Shown one piece after another: positions 28,893-37,899 of a stretch of DNA of 64,000 bases. Made by a program: the position numbers and the translations under genes. Each line of letters starts with the position of its first letter. The first letter of the stretch is position 1. Source of the DNA: Bdellovibrionales bacterium (GTDB taxonomy: Bacteria > Bdellovibrionota > Bdellovibrionia > Bdellovibrionales > UBA1609); NCBI GenBank assembly GCA_050246815.1, contig JBFWVI010000007.1, positions 17,983-81,982 on the forward strand, written 5' to 3'. The notes beneath the pieces were generated by a model. It was given only the letters and a program-made list of their open reading frames with translations, had not been told where the DNA came from and searched no databases.

Positions 28893-29198
28893 AAATAGTG
28901 GGAATTGTTGGCTTCAACACGTCTTCGTCAAATTTGCGAATTTCGGGTAAGCGTTTAGTGTGGAAGATGATGGAGTTGAGTTTCATAGGTGATTTTACTA
29001 TCGAGTAGAAAGTTTCCGACCAGTGAAAAATGCGGTCTAAAGACAATTTATAGCATTTGATCTCCATCAAAATGAATCTCAGCCTCGTTTTTCACTGGCT
29101 GGAAACCTCATGAATTGGGTGAGAAATCGGAGGCTGTGACTGGAGATCCAAGGCGGTCGACATCTCTCCGCCTCGGCGCTTGGCTCGTTAGTAGGCTC

Positions 29199-30302
29199 TT
29201 AGTTTTCTGCTTTTTTGGTTTCGATCACTTCGCGTAGCACGATCTCACCCAAGAGGGGGTAGTGATCACTTACGCCGACCGGCTTATTTTCATCAAAGCG
29301 GGCGGGGGTCATGTAGCGTGAAGTTTGATAGCGGCCTTCTTTGAAGACATGAATGGACTTGGGGTCCACCTGCCACCTGCTGGTGCCGCCAGGCCCCATA
29401 TTGGGTGAAAAAAGCAAGGCATCCAAGAACGACCACGAACCACGGTAGTTATGGGTTCCAGCGCAATCGCCGCAGCCAATGTAATGAGAGACCAACCATT
29501 TTTGTTGCAGGCGACTGCGGTACAGATTGGTGCGTGCGTCTTCTTCGGCAGAAATATTAAAGTCACCCCCGGCGATGGCAAGTTCAGTCGCGGGCAACTT
29601 GGCCTGCAAAGCGTTTAAGAAATCAATGGCCTGTTCGCGCCAGTAGGTTGGATTGTGCTGGGAAGGAAAATGCACGCCGAAAACATTGATGATCTCGCCG
29701 GTGGGAAGCTTAAAGGCAGAGTGCAAGATGTTGCGTGAGCGCGCCATCCACTCTTTGTCCTCAGGGGTTTTTGGTTGGAAGGCAATTGGATGCAGTTGAG
29801 CGGGGCGGGCCTGAGGAAATCGTGACAGCATACCTACGTCGATACCACGCAAATCGGGGCCTTCGATCAGAACCACAGATTGATATTTTGCTGCGGCCAA
29901 CTTTTTGTTCAGCATTTGCAGCGCATTCATATTTTCGACTTCGTCCAAGATTAAAATGTCGGGGCCGCGGCCGTTATTAACTGACAAAATGACATCGGCC
30001 AAACGCTCGAGCTTGCGATCCAAGATGCTTTCGTTCCAATCGGTGTCCAGGCACTCCTGCTGGCGGAACCCCTTTAGTTTTGAGCAGTTTAGGCGGTGCT
30101 GAGGAGTACCTTTGATCGCGCGGGGTAAAAATGTGTAGTCTTCGCGATCGGCGTCTTGTTTGGTGTCGAATAGATTTTCGACGTTGTAGGTCATAAAGGT
30201 CAGGGAGTGGGCCGATTTTGGCGGGCGCGGAGCAACCGAAACGCAGGAAACAATAAGGAACGAAAAAATCACCCATAAAAAGCCCTGTGCCAATTTAGTC
30301 AT
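29199..30302 (-). CDS. Exported endonuclease/exonuclease/phosphatase (EEP) family lipoprotein
   Basis: IVSC lipobox; TYNVENLFD, PDILILDEVEN, RGID, HFPS, GDFN, SDHYP. Confidence 0.9.
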   Translation of the reverse strand: MTKLAQGFLWVIFSFLIVSCVSVAPRPPKSAHSLTFMTYNVENLFDTKQDADREDYTFLPRAIKGTPQHRLNCSKLKGFRQQECLDTDWNESILDRKLERLADVILSVNNGRGPDILILDEVENMNALQMLNKKLAAAKYQSVVLIEGPDLRGIDVGMLSRFPQARPAQLHPIAFQPKTPEDKEWMARSRNILHSAFKLPTGEIINVFGVHFPSQHNPTYWREQAIDFLNALQAKLPATELAIAGGDFNISAEEDARTNLYRSRLQQKWLVSHYIGCGDCAGTHNYRGSWSFLDALLFSPNMGPGGTSRWQVDPKSIHVFKEGRYQTSRYMTPARFDENKPVGVSDHYPLLGEIVLREVIETKKAEN

Positions 30303-30464
30303 GCGAATCCCCCCGTGCAAGCCAGTCTAGCCGCTAGAATCCGAATGTCGAGTGTCAGGAAATGATTATTTCCCGCATCACAAAATTGGCTCATGGGGCC
30401 AAAAGCTTTTCCCTTGCAAGGCCATTTAAATCATGAAAACAATCGCCACCAGGGTGGGGATCCA

Positions 30465-31442
30465 ATGACAAAATTCATGGGTTTTTTGACGTTAAGCCGC
30501 TTTATATTGGCCTTGGCATGTGCGTTAGCTATGGCCAGTGCGTATGCACAAGAAGAGGGTCTTATCGATGGCTCGACAAGCTCGGCCACAGCTGAGCCCC
30601 CGCCCATCGCGGGGGCTTGGGCCGGTTCAGCTGCCGCAAATGTGCTGTTGGAAGACGGGGCCTTTATTCCCAGCCGCCGCTCGCCTTGGGGCGTATCTTG
30701 GTTCAACTGGGCCAATGTGAACATGAAAAATTACCGCGAGGGTTCTGGTCGGCTTGAGACATACAATTATTTAAGTATGGACTACCGCTTGAACTGGGAG
30801 AGCAAGGTTTCGATTCGTCCCGAGTTCTATGTTTCTGGTGCGGGCAAAGACTTTTTTGGCGACGATGTCGAAGGTGAAACTGAAATGGGCGATATCTATG
30901 CCCAGTACACCCATAATTCTTGGGCTCTGTTACCGGGCGACATCGGTTTAAGTGGTTCTGCCCGGATCTATTATCCAAACAATAAGTTCGTCAAACAACA
31001 GCGTCAGATCACTCGCTTACAGGCCCGATTGATTTTTCAGCGCCCATTGGGTGCCGGGGTGTGGGTCAGCTATCACTTTCGACCAATGTACCTTGTGCAG
31101 CGCCAGCAGGCCTACTTGAATGACTATTTTAATGCGAAGGCCAACGAACATTATCGCCTTGAACAGTGGCTTGAATTCACCAAACCCATATCGCGCAATG
31201 TGGCGGTATCACAGCAGTTTGGCGTGGAGCATCGTCGTTACTACGATTCTCCCGCCAACAATATTGAAGCACGCACGGATGGTTTTGTATCGATGAGCAC
31301 TTCAGTCGGCTGGTTCTTAAACGGAGTCAGCTTTCGTGGTGGTTTGAGCTATGAGTCCAAGATCGCACGTCCGGATCGCGATTCGCAAATCTACAATGAA
31401 GCTGAGACAAAATATTTTCTGATGACCAATGTGCGGCTTTAA
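30465..31442 (+). CDS. Putative outer-membrane beta-barrel protein
   Basis: Signal peptide (AYA), alternating aromatic/hydrophobic strands through to the C-terminus. Confidence 0.55.
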   Translation: MTKFMGFLTLSRFILALACALAMASAYAQEEGLIDGSTSSATAEPPPIAGAWAGSAAANVLLEDGAFIPSRRSPWGVSWFNWANVNMKNYREGSGRLETYNYLSMDYRLNWESKVSIRPEFYVSGAGKDFFGDDVEGETEMGDIYAQYTHNSWALLPGDIGLSGSARIYYPNNKFVKQQRQITRLQARLIFQRPLGAGVWVSYHFRPMYLVQRQQAYLNDYFNAKANEHYRLEQWLEFTKPISRNVAVSQQFGVEHRRYYDSPANNIEARTDGFVSMSTSVGWFLNGVSFRGGLSYESKIARPDRDSQIYNEAETKYFLMTNVRL

Positions 31443-32589
31443 TATCCGACTTTTTGCCGTTCTAGGTTTATTACTCACATTTTTGAGCGTAGCCGCCGCT
31501 GAAGAATCGGACGTGCCCGCAGAACCCAAAATCGTAGTCGAGTTGGGTGGCGGTCAGGTTCGCATTCAAACCCAGGGATTGGAGCTGAGCGCAGAAACCA
31601 TGGAGCGCCTGCAAACAGAATTGCTGGTGGATGAGGCTCTAAGTTCAGTGGTGATGAATGAAGAGTCGACTCAAGTCACCTTGGTCGGCGGAGATATTCA
31701 GAAGCTGAAGGCGATCTTGACCCACCAGGCCTTCCAAACGGCGGGTAAAATTCAAAGTCTGGTGGCTGCTCAGCTTGGGCATGGTCAACTGGTGCCACCG
31801 TCGCCACAAATGGTGGATCGCGATCTTTACATTCATGAAAACGTGACGATTGCACCTGCCGAGGCCCGTGAAGAGCTGGTGGTAATCGGAGGCGATGTTT
31901 TTGTTCAAGGAACTGTGGAAGAGCTGGTCGTTTTAGGTGGCAATGTCCATGTTTTTGAGGGCGGCCGCATTTTGGGTGAGGTTGTGGTGCTTGGCGGGCA
32001 ATTGAGTGTGGCCCCAGGCGGGCAGGTGCCCCTGCAGCAGACCGTATTGTCGAGCTGGGACATTGGGCCATGGTTGAAACGCAGTCTTTGGGATTGGTGG
32101 GGCAGTGGATGGAGTTTGTTGTTGTCCACACTGTTTGGTTGGCTCTGGTCCTGGCTGGTTGTTTATACGCTTGAACTCAAATCAAAAAAGTTCTTACCAG
32201 CCGCTCAAGCCTATTGGGCGCAACATAAGTTGGCGGCGTTGGCTTGGGGGCTTGCTTTAAGCTTTGCGCTCTTGCCGGCGGTATTGCTGCTGGCAGTAAG
32301 TGTGGTCGGAATTTTATTGCTGCCGGCACTTCTCACCTTAATTTTTATTTGGTTCGGTGTGGCCTACGCCCTTTTGTTAAAATTTATTAGCGACGCCATT
32401 CGTATTGCGAAGGGGTGGCCTTTGCCAGGACGGCTGTTGTTGGCCCAAATGATTTGGCTGGGGCTGGGGTTTATTCCATTTGCCGGAAGCCTGGTGCGTT
32501 TTGGACTGTGGTTGACCGTGATGGGAGTCGTGGCCAGCGCGCTGACGCCGCTTCGCTTGACCCCCACGGCAGTTAAGTCTACCAATTAA
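31429..32589 (+). CDS. Membrane protein with a bactofilin-like (VVxGG) beta-helical repeat and a C-terminal TM bundle
   Basis: Signal peptide; VVIGGDV/VVLGGNV/VVLGGQL repeats; about 5 TM helices. Confidence 0.6.
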   Translation: MCGFNIRLFAVLGLLLTFLSVAAAEESDVPAEPKIVVELGGGQVRIQTQGLELSAETMERLQTELLVDEALSSVVMNEESTQVTLVGGDIQKLKAILTHQAFQTAGKIQSLVAAQLGHGQLVPPSPQMVDRDLYIHENVTIAPAEAREELVVIGGDVFVQGTVEELVVLGGNVHVFEGGRILGEVVVLGGQLSVAPGGQVPLQQTVLSSWDIGPWLKRSLWDWWGSGWSLLLSTLFGWLWSWLVVYTLELKSKKFLPAAQAYWAQHKLAALAWGLALSFALLPAVLLLAVSVVGILLLPALLTLIFIWFGVAYALLLKFISDAIRIAKGWPLPGRLLLAQMIWLGLGFIPFAGSLVRFGLWLTVMGVVASALTPLRLTPTAVKSTN

Positions 32590-32591
32590 GT

Positions 32592-34271
32592 ATGAGCACG
32601 CCGAATTTTTATCAACTGCCGCCGTTTTTGACCAATCAATTCACTTCGGATGCATGGCTACAGCAGTTCTTGCGCTGGCGCCTGCCGGCGCGTCTGTGGA
32701 ATTCGGTGGCCCACGATTTAGAAAAGTTTGGCCAAAAAGTCGCAGGCGAAATGTTGGATTGGGCTTGGCAGGCTGAGCAACAAAAGCCAGAACTTATCAA
32801 GTATGATGCTTGGGGCAAACGCATCGATTTAGTCAAAGTGTCGGAAGCTTGGCCGAAGATGGGTGATGTGGCGGCACAAGAGGGCGTGGTGGCGATCGGC
32901 TATGAACGCGCACAAGAAGAATTTTCGCGTCTTTATCAGCTGGCGAAACTATATTTGTACCACCCCTCAAGTGCCCTGTTTAGTTGCCCCTTGGCTATGA
33001 CCGATGGGGCGGCTCGGATTTTAGAAATCTTAGGCAATCCGGCTATGAAAGAGCGCGCCTATCGCAATTTGACTTCGCGTGATCCCAAGCGTTTTTGGAC
33101 TTCGGGCCAATGGATGACCGAAAAAACAGGTGGTTCGGATGTTAGCGAAACCAGCACTATTGCCAGAGCCCATGGCCCCAATTTTCAACTTTATGGCACC
33201 AAGTGGTTCACGTCCTCGGTCACCTCTGAGATGGCATTGGCTTTGGCGAGAATTGAAGGGCATGGCCGGGGCTTAAGTTTATTTTATGTCGAAACTCGCC
33301 GTGGCGATGGTCAATTGAACAACATCGAAGTGCTGCGCTTAAAGGATAAACTGGGAACTCGCGCATTGCCGACTGCCGAGTTGGAATTGCAGGGCGCGGA
33401 GGCCACGTTACTGGGTGAGCCCGGACAAGGTGTTAAAAATATCGCCACCATGCTGAACGTAACGCGTCTTTACAATTCAGTCTGCTCGATTTCACAGATG
33501 CGGCGGGGATTGGCGTTATGGCATGACTATGCGGGCAAACGCGTGGTGTTTGGCCAACGCATGAGACAGCAACCTTTGTTTATCGAAACCTACGCCAATC
33601 ATTTAAGCCATCAAGTCGCAGGTTTGGTGTTGACCTTTTCGACGGCGGAACTGCTTGGCAAAGATGAGTGCAATGTGGCCAGCGATGCCGAGAAGGCCTT
33701 GCTGCGCTTGCTGACTCCCTTGTCCAAGATGTTCACTGGCAAACACGCGGTCTGGACCATGAGCGAAGTAATCGAGGGATTTGGCGGGGCCGGCTATGTC
33801 GAAGACACTCGTTTGCCCGTGATGTTGCGTGATGCTCACGTCTTTCCGATCTGGGAGGGGCCGACCAACGTTTTAAGTTTGGATCTTTTACGTGTCTTGA
33901 ATAAGGGCGACGTTTGGGCGGCCTTTGATAAGGAAATCCGCTCAAGCCTGGCCGGTGACATGGATTCGGCTTTGATGCCAGCTGCCGAGCGGGCGCGACA
34001 AAAATTGGGCGACTTAGAAGAATTCTTTGGTCTAATGACCTCGGCCAATCCGGAAAATTGGCAAACCGTGGCGCGTGATTTGGCTTTTGCCATGTGTGAG
34101 CTTTATGCCGGAGCCAAAATGTTGGAGTGGTCGGGTTGGGCCGGTAAAAATTCTCCTGCAGGCTTTCAGGCCGCCTTGCGTGAAATCGCATGGCGATGGT
34201 GGCAGCGACCAATGACACAGGTGCGTTCACGCACATCTCAAGAGCTGACCTCCGCGCAGGCCATACTTTAG
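32592..34271 (+). CDS. Acyl-CoA dehydrogenase, AidB-like subfamily
   Basis: CPLAMTDGAA, GQWMTEKTGGSDV, GTKWFTS, LKDKLGT, GGAGYVE, IWEGPTNV. Confidence 0.9.
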   Translation: MSTPNFYQLPPFLTNQFTSDAWLQQFLRWRLPARLWNSVAHDLEKFGQKVAGEMLDWAWQAEQQKPELIKYDAWGKRIDLVKVSEAWPKMGDVAAQEGVVAIGYERAQEEFSRLYQLAKLYLYHPSSALFSCPLAMTDGAARILEILGNPAMKERAYRNLTSRDPKRFWTSGQWMTEKTGGSDVSETSTIARAHGPNFQLYGTKWFTSSVTSEMALALARIEGHGRGLSLFYVETRRGDGQLNNIEVLRLKDKLGTRALPTAELELQGAEATLLGEPGQGVKNIATMLNVTRLYNSVCSISQMRRGLALWHDYAGKRVVFGQRMRQQPLFIETYANHLSHQVAGLVLTFSTAELLGKDECNVASDAEKALLRLLTPLSKMFTGKHAVWTMSEVIEGFGGAGYVEDTRLPVMLRDAHVFPIWEGPTNVLSLDLLRVLNKGDVWAAFDKEIRSSLAGDMDSALMPAAERARQKLGDLEEFFGLMTSANPENWQTVARDLAFAMCELYAGAKMLEWSGWAGKNSPAGFQAALREIAWRWWQRPMTQVRSRTSQELTSAQAIL

Positions 34272-34320
34272 AGCCCATCTTGCTCCATTGAGGATTTCAA
34301 CAGAGCAAGATGGGCTCTAA
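34268..34320. repeat. 18-bp perfect palindrome (TTAGAG...CTCTAA); MITE/REP-like element or bidirectional terminator
   Basis: TTAGAGCCCATCTTGCTC (34268-34285) / GAGCAAGATGGGCTCTAA (34303-34320); contains the ACAD stop codon. Confidence 0.75.
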
Positions 34321-34389
34321 GTACTCGATTGAAGTCACCATTCGAGCGACAAGAGTTTGTCGCGACCTCGTCAACTTCTTGGCCAGACC

Positions 34390-34593
34390 CTAGTGCATTT
34401 TGTGATCTTTGACACGGGCAAGGACATCGCAATGAGAGCAGTGGGCTTCTTCGCGTAAAGTGTAATTTTCAAGATAGGATTCGACGCGGATTTCAAGCTG
34501 CTGGCCGCAAAGCGGGCACTGGTTTTGTCGTTCCATAAAGGCAAGGTGGCGTTGGTCAAGGCTTCGACCAAGAGTAGGGTTTTTTTCGTCCAT
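34390..34593 (-). CDS. Small zinc-ribbon protein
   Basis: CPLC...CSHC; GAGG SD before ATG 34593. Confidence 0.7.
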   Translation of the reverse strand: MDEKNPTLGRSLDQRHLAFMERQNQCPLCGQQLEIRVESYLENYTLREEAHCSHCDVLARVKDHKMH

Positions 34594-34713
34594 GAAAAGA
34601 CCTCGACGTTGGCAGTGAATCAAGTGTTGTCCACACCACTTCAATGCAAGATCGGTGCAACAGTCCAAGGCCTGGTCTGGTCTAGAGTTGGTTCGAAGTG
34701 ATGGCGTCCGGGT

Positions 34714-35712
34714 GTGGGGCCGAAGCAAAATAATAGAATGCAGTGGAACTTTCGACGCAAGCCGGTTTTGGGCCTGCTGTTTATCTTGTTTTGCCTTTGG
34801 TGTTGGCAGGTTTACTGGTGGCGCCACCAGGCAGTGCAAATCACGCATTTTCAGATGAAGAGCTTTTTTCATCTGATCAGTGTGGCAGAGCGTTTAGAGT
34901 GGGGTGCAATTTGCAACGGTCTTCAAGACTACACTTGTGCCGCCGAGGTCTTTGGCGCGTTGCTCGCGAAACAGCCAAAACATCGTTTGGCACTGAGCAA
35001 CTATGCAATCGCCGAAGCGCAAAGGCATCAATGTCACTCCGCCCTGAAGCTGTTTGACCGCTATCGTGCTGGTGGTCCCGAAGGGCCGGAGACCTTGTAT
35101 TGGCGGGGCCGTTGCTTGATGCAGCAGAAGCGGTGGGACGAAGCCCGTGCGACCTTGTATTTATCTGCCACACTAAGCCCCGATGCCACCCAGGCGCCTG
35201 AAGCTTTGGTGGATTTGCTTTTTCAACAGAACCTCAACGAAGAGGCCTTTAGTGTGGTGGCTGCTTTGACCGGCGGGCGCCCCAGCCGCAGCCCGCGCTG
35301 GCGAGCCAAATTTGCTGACATGGTGGTGCGACATCGAGTTCAGGCCACTGAAATTGACGGTGACACGCAAAGGGTGCGACGGGCATTAAGGCTGCCCTGT
35401 TTGGATGGTCATAACTTTTGGATGCCGGTGCAATTTGCCGCCGAAGCTTCGCCTGAGTTTGTTACGATTGATCCAGAGCAACCCACGGTAAGTTTGAATC
35501 AAGAGCAATTGATGCCCCGCCAGCCAGCCCAACAAGGCGGCGAGACAAAATTGCTTTCAGCGCTACAAATCGGACCCTGGATATTTCGCGATGTACATTA
35601 TGAAATATGTGAGAACTGCAATTCCGTCGTCGGCCGCTCACTACTTGAAAATTTTGAAGTCAGCGAAGACATGGAAGCGAGTGTACGCTTTTTGATTTTG
35701 ACGCCTCTTTAG
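34714..35712 (+). CDS. Membrane-anchored TPR protein with a degenerate clan AA aspartic-protease-like C-terminal domain
   Basis: TM helix, TPR helices, then GHNFWMPV...IDPEQPTVSL...LQIG...VVGRSLL. Confidence 0.55.
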   Translation: MGPKQNNRMQWNFRRKPVLGLLFILFCLWCWQVYWWRHQAVQITHFQMKSFFHLISVAERLEWGAICNGLQDYTCAAEVFGALLAKQPKHRLALSNYAIAEAQRHQCHSALKLFDRYRAGGPEGPETLYWRGRCLMQQKRWDEARATLYLSATLSPDATQAPEALVDLLFQQNLNEEAFSVVAALTGGRPSRSPRWRAKFADMVVRHRVQATEIDGDTQRVRRALRLPCLDGHNFWMPVQFAAEASPEFVTIDPEQPTVSLNQEQLMPRQPAQQGGETKLLSALQIGPWIFRDVHYEICENCNSVVGRSLLENFEVSEDMEASVRFLILTPL

Positions 35713-35730
35713 CTCTGATTGCGGCTAATC

Positions 35731-35764
35731 AAAAAAAAGACCAGCCTTCAAAGCTGGTCTTTTT
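35731..35764. terminator. Bidirectional intrinsic terminator
   Basis: A8-GACCAGC-loop-GCTGGTC-T5 between the convergent TPR gene and rpsD. Confidence 0.85.
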
Positions 35765-35787
35765 GAGATTCATTTCAAGTACTAAAA

Positions 35788-36417
35788 CTAGGCCTTGCGA
35801 GCGGCGTAGTATTCTGTGAACAAACCGGAGTCGAATTGGAAGGGCACATGTTCGGTCCCCGGAACAGCGTGAACCACGCCAATGTCTTGGCCGTTTTCAG
35901 TGTCTTTACGCAAGTAATCCGGAACTTCCAAACGTGGTGATTTCGCAGCTTGCAATACCACTTGGTTTTCACGGCCCTTGTCGCTCAAGCCGATTTTCGA
36001 ACCTTGAGTCACCACAAACGAACCCAGATCCACTTTTTGACCGTTCACGCGGACGTGGCCGTGGCTAACCAATTGGCGAGCCGAGCGGATGCTGGGAGCA
36101 AATCCTAAGCGGAAGATCACGTTGTCCAAACGGCACTCAAGCAGACCCACCAGTTTATGAACCCAGTTTGAAGCACTGCCACGTTTCGCATCACGGATGA
36201 AACGACGCAGTTGTTTTTCGCGCAGGCCGTAGTGGGCGCGCAGCTTTTGCTTCTCTTCTAAACGAAGCGCGTAGTCCGAGTATTTACGGCGTTTGTTGCC
36301 GTTTTCACCTGGGGGATAGGGGCGGCGTTCTAGCGCGCCGGGCTTACCAAGACCCGGAAGCTCGGTTCCGACTCGGCGTTGAATTTTGAAACGGGCAACT
36401 TTTCCTGCTCTCGCCAT
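35788..36417 (-). CDS. rpsD: 30S ribosomal protein S4 (stand-alone, zinc-motif-less)
   Basis: RRPYPPGENG, SDYALRLEEKQKL, LECRLDNVIFRLGFA, ARQLVSHGHV; GAGG SD. Confidence 0.97.
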   Translation of the reverse strand: MARAGKVARFKIQRRVGTELPGLGKPGALERRPYPPGENGNKRRKYSDYALRLEEKQKLRAHYGLREKQLRRFIRDAKRGSASNWVHKLVGLLECRLDNVIFRLGFAPSIRSARQLVSHGHVRVNGQKVDLGSFVVTQGSKIGLSDKGRENQVVLQAAKSPRLEVPDYLRKDTENGQDIGVVHAVPGTEHVPFQFDSGLFTEYYAARKA

Positions 36418-36689
36418 CTTAAGCGTCCTCTTTATGCTCGACTTTATATATGCCAAAAAGAAAGAGAACGTATACCCGCTCACCCTCTAAACTTCAAATC
36501 CTTTTATGCACCAAGGCGAGACGCTCCTCATCCTTGGGACGTCCTAAAAGGGGGCGGCTTCGTCAATGAACGAGACGTTTTATGATAAATTATTGAAAAA
36601 ACTGACTTATTTTGAGTCATCCGGGCCTAATTGTGGGGTTTTCAACACCTACCACAGGTACAATAGGGGTAGAGAACAAGGTGGTACGT

Positions 36690-37826
36690 ATGTGCAAACA
36701 GTACGTAAAGAAAGGCATCCTGATCCTGGCCACTTTGGCTTTGGCGGGGTGCTTACAAGACCAAGTGTCCGAAGAAGGTACCGTTGTGGATTTGGAGCCC
36801 GGAAGCGCTCCAGACCCTGATACCTATGTTTGCAACCCATTGGATGACGGTGTTGGCGATCAAGCCCGCGATCAAGGGCTGCATGGTCGGCTTTATTATG
36901 TGGAGCCAGGTGGCCCCCAATATTCCAGCGTTCACGATTACATGAGCTACGCCACGGAAGCTCCCGTGGATTTGTTCTTCAATCAATTGTATGTGCCCAC
37001 GCGTCCTTTTGACCGCGGTTTCGTAACCGAAAGTGGCATCACTTTACAGGCCGCCGATGGCAGTACTCTATATGAGTGGTTTGGTATTCATTTCGAAAGT
37101 CAGCTGCAGTTGGCCTCAGGGCAAGCGCCGGGCCGTTATCAAATCGGTGTCCTGAGCGATGACGGCACGATGATGAGTGTCGGTGAGCCCGGCTTCGAGC
37201 AGTTGTTGATCAATAATGATGGTTGGACGCCGACACGCATGCGTTGTGCGACGGAGGCCGTGGAATTGGCCGCGGGCCAGAAGTTGCCTTTTACACTCGA
37301 TTACTTTCAGGGCCCTCGCTACCACATCGCCTTGGTGATGGTGTGGCGCCCATGGCCCGCTAGCCCGGCCGATGTCAATGATCCTTTGTGTGACCGTTCT
37401 GGTAACTCGTTCTGGTTTGATTCAACACAAAATCCGCCGCGCCCGACCAGCAACTACCATGCGCTTTTGTCTCGTGGTTGGCAGGTGATTCAACCTGAAA
37501 ACTTCGCTTTGCCGGGTTCGCAAGAAGAGAATCCTTGTAATGAACCAGCCCCGATTTTGAGTAACTTGGCTATTGGCGACATCACGACAACTTCGGCCAC
37601 AGTGACATGGTTGACCGATCGGCCGGCCACCACGCAAGTGGTTCTAACTGAAGTCGCCACAGGTACAGTGACCGTGCTTGATGGTGACGCGGCCTTGGTC
37701 CTGAATCACACATTGGTGATGACTGGACTAAGGGTCAATACTCAGTATCGTGTGAAAGCAGTTTCAAAGTCGGCCTCTGGACGTTCGTCGGAAACGCCTG
37801 AGATCACTTTCCGTACAAGCCGCTAA
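36690..37826 (+). CDS. PA14-domain plus fibronectin-III lipoprotein
   Basis: LAGC lipobox; EWFG, LSDDG (PA14 DD motif), INNDGW, DYFQGPRYHIAL; C-terminal FN3 (ATVTWLTD...GLRVNTQY). Confidence 0.8.
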   Translation: MCKQYVKKGILILATLALAGCLQDQVSEEGTVVDLEPGSAPDPDTYVCNPLDDGVGDQARDQGLHGRLYYVEPGGPQYSSVHDYMSYATEAPVDLFFNQLYVPTRPFDRGFVTESGITLQAADGSTLYEWFGIHFESQLQLASGQAPGRYQIGVLSDDGTMMSVGEPGFEQLLINNDGWTPTRMRCATEAVELAAGQKLPFTLDYFQGPRYHIALVMVWRPWPASPADVNDPLCDRSGNSFWFDSTQNPPRPTSNYHALLSRGWQVIQPENFALPGSQEENPCNEPAPILSNLAIGDITTTSATVTWLTDRPATTQVVLTEVATGTVTVLDGDAALVLNHTLVMTGLRVNTQYRVKAVSKSASGRSSETPEITFRTSR

Positions 37827-37851
37827 GCCGCTGTTTTAAAGGCTTTTCCTC

Positions 37852-37879
37852 TCGAATCAAGGCTGAACTGAGCCGATAT
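37852..37879 (+). promoter_or_regulatory. Putative sigma28 (FliA) promoter of the kinase operon
   Basis: TCGA-N16-GCCGATAT, 20 nt upstream of ATG 37900. Confidence 0.4.
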
Positions 37880-37899
37880 ATTGATGTCGAGGGAAAAGC

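Noticed and set aside
28861..29070. 69-aa minus-strand ORF
   Set aside because: No SD or recognisable motif, and it runs through a terminator hairpin.
34594..34872. N-terminal extension of the zinc-ribbon ORF
   Set aside because: Overlaps the divergent TPR gene; the SD-supported start is at 34593.
36578..36600. Fur/Zur-like box upstream of rpsD
   Set aside because: Only a weak AT-rich imperfect palindrome; better explained as the IHF-like site.
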